Positions 1 to 5,353 of a stretch of DNA of 5,353 bases are shown here, in pieces. Position 1 is the stretch's first letter; every line of letters starts with the position of its first letter. The notes beneath the pieces were generated by a model that saw only the letters and a list, made by a program, of their open reading frames with translations, ran no database searches and was not told the DNA's origin. The position numbers were made by a program, and so were the translations under genes. The DNA is taken from positions 1 through 5,353 of the forward strand of contig NW_021830081.1 in assembly GCF_006345805.1 (NCBI RefSeq), read 5' to 3'. The DNA is from Octopus sinensis (taxonomy: Eukaryota).

Positions 1-535
1 ACTTGTTATACGAAAAGATGCAAACGTTGTAACGTATTGTACCATACACTGGCTAAACTTGTACAAATCTTTGTTGATGGCTGACAATGCAGTTCCAGTT
101 TGGTGTTTCGCACATACATATCTTCAGAGATACACATACATCTGAGAAATCAGGAGGAAATGAAAAGAATTTTTTCAATATTAATCACTCAATGGAGAAA
201 TATATTAGAAGTTTACGTGGTTCAAAAATAAATAGATAAAATTCTCTGGCGACAACCAATCGGTGATATTCATCAACCAAGAGTTAATAAGCAGCACGAA
301 TTGATATATAATGGTTTACTGACATATGATGCTGAACACTTGTCAGAGCCAACGCTATATTCTAATAACAATGAACACTGCACGTATTCAAATACCAGTT
401 TTAACCGGACTTGAAAATAAGTAATGCACAATCGAAACATGAATATCTCTAAGTTTTTGTCAGGATTTAGCAGGCCAATAAAAATGTCAAAATCCTATGA
501 TTTAATAACCTGGCAGCTGATTAATTCGCTCGCGA

Positions 536-648
536 ACACACACACACACACACCACACACACACAACACACACGCACACGCGCACACACACACATACACA
601 CGCACGCACACACAGACTCTCACACACACAACACACACGCGTGCGCGC
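536..648. repeat. Interrupted (AC)n/(GC)-mixed microsatellite
   Basis: Direct reading: acacacac...cacgcacacgcgcacacac...acacgcgtgcgcgc. It accounts for the HT- and VC-rich ORFs 424..711 and 495..734. Confidence 0.95.
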
Positions 649-879
649 AACAAAGGGGATAACTGCATTGGGTCAAAGCTCAATAGCTTTGAGTTACTTT
701 TGTCTTCTTGAGTAAAAGAAAAAAATGGTTTCAAAATTTGGCACAGTGCCAGTAATTTTAGGGAGAAGGTATAAGTCGATTACATGACCTCAGAACTCAA
801 CTAATACTTATTTAATCGGATTTGTGAGGATGGAAGGCAAAGTCGGATTCAGCGGAATTAGAACTTTGATCGTAAAGAG

Positions 880-893
880 TTGGAAGAAATACC
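880..893 (+). repeat. Target-site duplication of SINE copy A, left (TTGGAAGAAATACC)
   Basis: Identical 14-mer at 880-893 and 1126-1139, immediately flanking the SINE. Confidence 0.92.
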
Positions 894-1125
894 TGTTTCT
901 TTATTACCCACAAGGGGCTAAACTTAGAGGGGATAAGCAAGGACAGACAAAGGGATTAAGCCAATTATATCGACCCCAGTGCGTAACTGGTACTCTATTT
1001 ATCGACCCCGAAAGGATGAAAGGCAAAGTCGACCTCGGCGGAATTTGAACTCAGAACGTAGCGGAAGACGAAATACGGCTACGCATTTCGCCCGGCTTGC
1101 TAACGTTTCTGCCAGCTCGCCACCT
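894..1125 (-). mobile_element. Young full-length tRNA-derived SINE (~230 bp), copy A
   Basis: The minus strand begins GGTGGCGAGCTGGCAGAAACGTTAG (A-box-like TGGCAGAAACG) and has B-box-like GAGTTCAAATTCC. The central GTCGACTTTGCCTTTCATCCTTTCGGGGTCGATAAA resembles conserved central domains of metazoan SINE superfamilies (recalled; superfamily not assigned). Flanked by an exact 14-bp TSD. Ungapped manual alignment to copy B gives 15 mismatches in ~231 nt. Confidence 0.95.
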
Positions 1126-1139
1126 TTGGAAGAAATACC
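1126..1139 (+). repeat. Target-site duplication of SINE copy A, right (TTGGAAGAAATACC)
   Basis: Identical to 880-893. Confidence 0.92.
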
Positions 1140-1222
1140 GCTAAGCATTTTGTTCGATGCACCAACAATTCCACCAGCTAGTGTCCTTAATAAATAAATA
1201 AAAATAATGCTAATAATAATAC

Positions 1223-1223
<1 letters not shown>

Positions 1224-1274
<51 letters not shown>

Positions 1275-1290
1275 AATAATAATAATAAAT
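1224..1290. repeat. (GAT)17(AAT)4 compound trinucleotide microsatellite
   Basis: GAT units 1224-1274, AAT units 1275-1286, then AAAT. It produces the poly-Ile stretch of ORF 999..1322. Confidence 0.95.
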
Positions 1291-1844
1291 GCCCTGATGC
1301 AGTACCAGGCAGTGGCTCTCATGGCTTCTGATCTTAACTGATTGGAAGTGTTATCACGTACATTGTTTTGTCTTGGTATAAAAGATGGGCTACAGCAAAT
1401 ATTCTGCTCAATACCACAGATTTACTTGTCAGTTGTTTGACCTTAACCAGTTGAGCATGTCCCTTAGTGGCTGACGATATATGCATCTCTGATCATGAGC
1501 AGAAGTGGTGGGGGAGCATTATAGCCATGCATTGAGAGGAATTCTTTGGGGTTTGGATAATTCACCTCTGGAAACATGGGTGGTTCTTTCAACATCCTTA
1601 AACAACCCTTATTCAGGGACCTTTTGAGCGGGATGGGCTACTCAACCTGAAGAAAATTCTAACTGGGCCCCACCTGCAAGGTCATGTGCTGTTTATCTTG
1701 ATATGAGATCACCATGTCGCGCACATATGGTTGTGATGCTTGTGCCTGATGTACCCTTATCAGACGGGTAGTCATGATGGGTATATAGGGCTTCGTATAT
1801 TTTACCCCAGTGTCACTTTGATGGCATGAACTGCTCTCTCACTC
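1291..1844 (+). mobile_element. 554-bp non-coding interspersed element flanked by (AAT)n, copy 1; possibly a non-autonomous microsatellite-targeted (Dong/R4-type) retroelement
   Basis: Starts GCCCTGATGCAGTACCAGGCAG and ends CTCTCTCACTC, with AAT tracts on both sides. A second copy with the same termini lies at 1924-2336. No ORF. Strand is assigned only by analogy with TAA-targeting Dong elements. Confidence 0.75.

Positions 1845-1907
<63 letters not shown>
1845..1907. repeat. (AAT)21 microsatellite between the two element copies
   Basis: 63 bp of perfect AAT, then degenerate ATTAATAATGATAGAC up to copy 2. Confidence 0.95.
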
Positions 1908-1908
<1 letters not shown>

Positions 1909-1923
1909 TTAATAATGATAGAC

Positions 1924-2336
1924 GCCCTGATTCGGTACCAGGCAGTGGCTCTCATGGCTTTTTATCTTAAACTGATTAGAGGTGTTATCATGTGCATGTT
2001 TTGTCTTGGTATAAAAGATAGGGTCTCTTTGGGGTTTGAATAATTCACCTTTGGAAACATGGGTGTTTCGTTCATCATCCTTAAATAACTCTTATTCAGG
2101 GATCTTTTGAGTGGGATGGGCTACTCGACCTGAAGAGAATTCTAACTGGGCCCCCAACTGCAAGGTTATGCGCTGCTTATCTTAATATGAGGTCATCATG
2201 TCGCGCACATATGGTTGTGATGCATGTGCCTGATGTACCCTTAACAGATGGGTAGTGATCTTTGGGTTTTGTATATATTGGGCTTGTATATTTGTACCCC
2301 AGTGTCACTTTGATGGCATGCGTTGCTCTCTCACTC
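1924..2336 (+). mobile_element. Copy 2 of the (AAT)n-flanked element: 413 bp, internally deleted
   Basis: Starts GCCCTGATTCGGTACCAGGCAG and ends CTCTCTCACTC+AATAAT. Lacks ~150 bp matching roughly 1391-1542 of copy 1. Roughly 85-90% identical elsewhere (by eye). Confidence 0.8.
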
Positions 2337-2428
2337 AATAATATGTGTATATGTAAGTATGTTCACAGGTATGTATGTGCATGTATATAATATGCATGTT
2401 TCTATACATACGAGCGCGCACACATATA

Positions 2429-2431
<3 letters not shown>

Positions 2432-2463
<32 letters not shown>

Positions 2464-2470
2464 ATATTGA

Positions 2471-2501
<31 letters not shown>

Positions 2502-2513
2502 ATATTATATATT

Positions 2514-2595
<82 letters not shown>
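2432..2595. repeat. Long interrupted (AT)n microsatellite
   Basis: Direct reading. It accounts for the IY-rich ORF 2323..2628. Confidence 0.95.
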
Positions 2596-2810
2596 CTGTA
2601 TATACAATATGTGACAATTATTCGGTAGCCATGATAAAACTCCGAGTTTCGGATGCCGAGGTGGAAACCCATGCCGCCATCTCTTCAGTTATCCGGCCAT
2701 CGGAAAAATGCTATAAAAATACGATTATGAAAAGTACGATTATTCGATTATAATATCGAGGTCTCTTTCTTTCTTTTGTTGTCTTACAGTTTTTATCAAT
2801 ATAAATACAA
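2596..2810 (-). mobile_element. ~210-bp CpG-rich segment between microsatellites carrying a hammerhead motif; probable Penelope-like pseudo-LTR or retrozyme fragment
   Basis: Complex sequence bounded by (AT)n on the left and (AC)n on the right, with a hammerhead near its minus-strand 3' end. Penelope-like elements are known to carry minimal type I hammerheads in their pLTRs. Boundaries are approximate. Confidence 0.6.
2626..2699 (-). ncRNA. Type I hammerhead ribozyme motif; predicted cleavage after GUU, between 2638 and 2637
   Basis: Minus strand: UGGCCG-GAUAA-CUGAAGA-GAUGGCGGCAUGGGUUUCCACCUCGGCAUCC-GAAA-CUCGGAG-UU^UUAUC-A-UGGCUA. Core CUGAnGA at 2688-2682 and GAAA at 2650-2647. Stem I is GAUAA/UUAUC plus 6 more pairs past a bulged A. 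Stem II is GAUG.CGG/UCG.CAUC with an apical UGG-GUUU-CCA hairpin. Stem III is ACU/AGU with near-palindromic CUCGGAG. Confidence 0.8.
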
Positions 2811-2859
2811 CACACACACACACACACCACACACACACACACCACATATATATATATAT

Positions 2860-2909
<50 letters not shown>

Positions 2910-2954
2910 TATGTATGTTATGTATTTGTTGTGTGTGTGTGTGTGTGTGTGTGT
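2810..2954. repeat. Compound microsatellite (AC)n-(AT)n-(GT)n
   Basis: AC tract ~2810-2845, AT tract ~2845-2909, GT tract ~2930-2954. It accounts for ORF 2776..2970. Confidence 0.93.
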
Positions 2955-3239
2955 TTTAATATTTCGATGAGGCATTTCGGGGCCAATAACCCAATGAACT
3001 GAATATACGTATGTTTCGGAACGAAGTGTTGGCTGAGTATAAATCGGTAATAAGAAAAAGAGATGAATAAGGATACAATTATTATCTTATGAACTTCATT
3101 AGCTTACAACTGTTTCTGCTACAAGATGACTACCTGAATAACACCCTATAGCTTAATCAGAGCCTCGAATATGAAGCGCAATTTATTTGGGAAGAATTAC
3201 AATTCATACATATGTGCAAATAGATCGATCGATCGATGC

Positions 3240-3410
3240 ATATATTATATTATATATATATATATACATACACACTCACCCACCCACACACACACACACC
3301 ACATATATATTATATATAATAGTATATTATATATATATATAATATAATATATATATATATATATATACATATTACATATATCCACATACACACACACATA
3401 TATATATATA
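3240..3410. repeat. Compound interrupted (AT)n/(AC)n microsatellite
   Basis: Direct reading. Confidence 0.9.
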
Positions 3411-3411
3411 G

Positions 3412-3490
3412 AGATAGATAGATAGATAGATAGTTAGATAGACAACCATACAGACCAGACAGATAGATAGATAGATAGATAGATGATAGC

Positions 3491-3520
<30 letters not shown>
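3412..3520. repeat. (GATA)n tetranucleotide microsatellite with GACA variants
   Basis: Direct reading: agatagatagat...agacagatagat. Confidence 0.93.
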
Positions 3521-3521
<1 letters not shown>

Positions 3522-3911
3522 CACTAGTGGTGACTGGGACTTTTTCTCTAGGCACTACATATCTGCACAGAATATTTCAACATATGATTTATCCGAAGAG
3601 CGCTTTCCATGCCAAATACAAATACGATAGACCCTCACATGAGTGACATAATTAATTGAAAGACATTTATCTACTGACATTTTTCGAGCAAGAGGTGGGC
3701 GAAAACTATCCTAAGGATGTTTGAAATTTTAAAAATATCGGAAGATGACCTCAATTAGTTCATTCGCTAAGGGAAAAATTATAGCAAATACGTGCTTGGG
3801 CAAACGTTAAACTATATTTGAATTAAAATCGTGCATACACCTATTCAAATTATTCAAACTGAATACATTATCATCTGTATAAATGATATATTTTATCTAC
3901 TGAAAGAGAAG

Positions 3912-3930
3912 ATATATATGCACATATATA
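3912..3930 (+). repeat. Target-site duplication of SINE copy B, left (partner at 4161-4179)
   Basis: ATATATATGCACATATATA occurs identically at 3912-3930 and 4161-4179. Confidence 0.92.
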
Positions 3931-4160
3931 GGCGGCGAGCTGGCAGAAACGTTAGCACGTCGGGCGAAATGCGTAGCCGTATTTCATCTTCCGCTACGTT
4001 CTGAGTTCAAATTCCGCCGAGGTCGACTTTGCCTTTCATCCTTTCGGGGTCGATAAATTAAGTACCAGTTACGCACTGGGGTCGATGTAATCGACTTAAT
4101 CCCTTTGTCTGTCCTTGTTTGTCCCCTCTATGTTTAGCCCCTTGTGGGTAGCAAAGAAAT
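3931..4160 (+). mobile_element. Young full-length tRNA-derived SINE (230 bp), copy B
   Basis: GGCGGCGAGCTGGCAGAAACGTTAG...GAGTTCAAATTCC...CCTTTCATCCTTTCGGGGTCGATAAA...GTGGGTAGCAAAGAAAT. Exact 19-bp TSD ATATATATGCACATATATA at 3912-3930 and 4161-4179. About 93% identical to the reverse complement of 894-1124. Confidence 0.95.
3941..4015 (+). promoter_or_regulatory. Internal Pol III type-2 promoter of the SINE (A-box-like 3941-3951, B-box-like 4003-4015)
   Basis: TGGCAGAAACG resembles TRGCnnARYnG. GAGTTCAAATTCC resembles GGTTCRAnTCC. Both are preserved in copy A. Confidence 0.7.
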
Positions 4161-4403
4161 ATATATATGCACATATATATGTGGTGGGGCGTGAATACAT
4201 GCGTGTTTTAGTCAAAAGGGTAAGTGGTATCTGTACACCTAGACAGGACATCAAAGGCTGACGGTAGGGAGGAAATAAGGTATCCACAAATAGGATACTT
4301 GTCTGAATGTTTGCAACGGAATGGACTATGCTAAAGGCATCTTAAGTATCAGGTGGTGGTGTTAACCAAGTGATGAATTAAACCTACTATTCATGTAGCC
4401 CAT

Positions 4404-4480
4404 AGCGGGATTAGAACTCAAGACGAAAGAAGCCGAAACTGATACTATAAGGTGTTTTGTTTAGCGCTCTGACAATTCTG
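4404..4480 (-). mobile_element. Highly eroded SINE head fragment
   Basis: AGCGGGATTAGAACTCAAGACGAAAGAAGCCGAAACTGATACTATAAGGTGTTTTGTTTAGCGCTCTGACAATTCTG is colinear with the plus-strand image of the SINE head (GGCGGAATTTGAACTCAGAACGTA...TAACGTTTCTG). Confidence 0.6.
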
Positions 4481-4501
4481 TTAATCCACTACTCTTGACT
4501 T

Positions 4502-4619
4502 GTACCTTATTTAAGAGGCTCGAATGGGTAAATGGTAAAGCAGACCTCGGCAGAATTTGAACTTAGTCCGTAGAGAGTGTGCAATGGCACCCAACGATTA
4601 AGCGGTTTGCCAATTCGCA
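4502..4619 (-). mobile_element. Highly eroded SINE fragment (central domain plus head)
   Basis: GTACCTTATTTAAGAGGCTCGAATGGGTAAATGGTAAAGCAGACCTCGGCAGAATTTGAACTTAG aligns with GTACTCTATTTATCGACCCCGAAAGGATGAAAGGCAAAGTCGACCTCGGCGGAATTTGAACTCAG (990-1054). Confidence 0.7.
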
Positions 4620-4670
4620 GTCAAAAGCGTCAGCTCAGAAATCTATCCATGACAAGTATTCTAAAACTAA

Positions 4671-4893
4671 TATAAGGTGGGTTGCTGAAAGTTCCTGGCT
4701 TTAAGGGTATCGCGAAAGGCCTGGTTGGAGGCCAACCTTCCGAGTTTCTCTAAAGAGCTTAGAAAAACTGAAGGACCGCTGCAATAAGTGTGTGAACCGG
4801 AGGGGGAATTTGTTGAATAAAACCATAATTAACAACTGATCCTCCTGTATTTTCTTGTACCCAAAGCCAGGAACTTTTCAGCTCCCCTTCGTA
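4671..4893 (+). mobile_element. Tc1/mariner-derived MITE (~220 bp) with ~30-bp TIRs and TA target duplication
   Basis: Left end TA-TAAGGTGGGTTGCTGAAAGTTCCTGGCTTT (4671-4702). Right end AAAGCCAGGAACTTTTCAGCTCCCCTTCG-TA (4863-4893). The inverted core is GCTGAAA(A)GTTCCTGGCTTT. Confidence 0.9.
4716..4820 (+). pseudogene. Frameshifted remnant of a mariner transposase C-terminus inside the MITE
   Basis: With frameshifts it reads KAWLEA/QPSEF...SLEKLKDRCNKCVNRRG/EFVE*, matching the mariner terminal pattern WLxxQPxEFYxxGIxKLxxRWxKCxxxxGxYVE* (recalled). Confidence 0.75.
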
Positions 4894-5353
4894 TGTAGAG
4901 AATAGCTGTTGTGTGATTGACACACCGAAAGCCATTGCTAAATTAAAGGAAGTCGTAGAAAACAACACAGTAGTAAAATTCAACACCCAGATCTGTGCAA
5001 ATAAAACGTGTAATAATACAATGGTTCCATTTTCAGATATGAACATTAAAATAGATATCACGTTTGTTGCAGAAATTATACTAATAAACACATATGCTTA
5101 CATAGAGACAGCAAGTGTCCACCTAGATAAAAAAAAAACCAAAAACGCTTCACTAGTATGATCACAACATATAAGAGCATTTAGATTCCTTTCCACAAAC
5201 GAAGCAGCAAATAAATAATCCCTCAGAATAAAACACACGATAATCAACAACAGTTATTCCAAAAGTCTACCGGAGCAGGTCATAGAACAACTACTAGAAA
5301 TATAATAAATACATGTAACGCCACGTTTATTGAAAATGAATGACGCAGAAAGT
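4892..5353 (+). pseudogene. Decayed Penelope-like element reverse transcriptase (degenerate YVDD motif through thumb), running off the window
   Basis: Frame A from 4892: YVENSCCVID...KLKEVVENNTVVKFNTQI...NNTMVPFSDMNI, resembling YVDD.F...D...LK..FENNSVLKFT.E...N..LPFLDV. Shifted frame 5080-5130: TNKHICLHRDSKCPPR*, resembling TNxGxCLNxxSECPxRY, then SMITTY. Frame A again from 5174: RAFRFLSTNEAANK*SLRIKHTIINNSYSKSLPEQVI, resembling RA..CS......E..RI...L.NNGYS....I. All motifs are in the expected order. The consensus is recalled, not searched. Confidence 0.8.

Larger units (their letters stand above)
726..1180 (-). mobile_element. Old, diverged tRNA-derived SINE (host element), interrupted by a younger SINE at 894-1125
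   Basis: Removing 894-1139 gives a continuous minus-strand SINE. Head: AGCTGGTGGAATTGTTGGTGCATCGAACAAAATGCTTAGCGGTATTTCTTCCAA. B-box-like AGTTCTAATTCC. Central CGACTTTGCCTTCCATCCTCACAAATCCGATTAAATAAGTATTAG is colinear with the young copy. Its 3' tail is different: CCCTAAAATTACTGGCACTGTGCCAAATTTTGAAACCA. Confidence 0.85.

Noticed and set aside
95-135. Second hammerhead-like core on the minus strand (CUGAAGA at 127-121, GAAAC at 109-105)
   Set aside because: Stem II is only weak G.U pairing, there is no U16.1-H17 partner for stem III, and no stem I complement. Probably chance.
424-734. ORFs 424..711 (+) and 495..734 (-)
   Set aside because: Dipeptide-repeat translations of the (AC)n microsatellite with no recognisable domain.
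824-1322. ORFs 824..1048, 979..1197 and 999..1322
   Set aside because: They lie within SINE sequence and the GAT/AAT microsatellite.
1640-1700. CTGAAGA inside the AAT-flanked element as a possible hammerhead core
   Set aside because: No stem II followed by GAAA, and no stems I or III, in either copy.
1845-1923. Two long repeats separated by a spacer, read as LTRs or a CRISPR-like array
   Set aside because: The spacer is only (AAT)n. There are no TG...CA ends, PBS/PPT or short regularly spaced repeats.
2761-2789. Strong-looking plus-strand splice acceptor (pyrimidine tract + TACAG)
   Set aside because: Followed by ~20 AT-rich bases and then microsatellite, with no plausible exon or donor. 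It lies within the putative mobile segment.
2323-2970. ORFs 2323..2628 and 2776..2970
   Set aside because: IY/HT/CV repeats from microsatellites.
3005-3105. 9-bp perfect hairpin ATAAGGATA/TATCCTTAT (3067-3091) and a nearby minus-strand CUAAUGA...GAAAC..GUA resembling a decayed hammerhead
   Set aside because: The core has G5 changed to A, stem I does not pair and the spacing is loose. A 9-bp AT-rich inverted repeat is expected by chance.
4096-4287. ORF 4096..4287 (-)
   Set aside because: Spans the SINE tail and TSD with no recognisable protein features.
4759-5091. ORF 4759..5091 (-), 110 aa, hydrophobic
   Set aside because: Antisense to the MITE and the PLE RT fossil and crosses their junction, so it cannot be an ancestral gene.

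Overview
Non-coding, repeat-dense eukaryotic DNA with no intact gene; every ORF in the track is explained by a microsatellite, SINE or decayed transposon. The SINE family and microsatellite load resemble octopus (coleoid cephalopod) DNA, which is recalled, not verified. In order: (1) an old tRNA-derived SINE (726-1180, -) split by a young SINE (894-1125, -) with a 14-bp TSD. (2) Two head-to-tail copies of a non-coding element embedded in (AAT)n (1291-1844; 1924-2336). (3) A ~210-bp CpG-rich island between microsatellites holding a type I hammerhead ribozyme motif on the minus strand (2626-2699), probably a Penelope-like pLTR or retrozyme fragment. (4) A second young SINE (3931-4160, +) with a 19-bp TSD. 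(5) Two eroded SINE fragments. (6) A mariner-derived MITE (4671-4893) sitting at the degenerate YVDD motif of (7) a decayed Penelope-like reverse transcriptase that runs off the window (4892-5353, +). The hammerhead and the AAT-embedded element most deserve follow-up.
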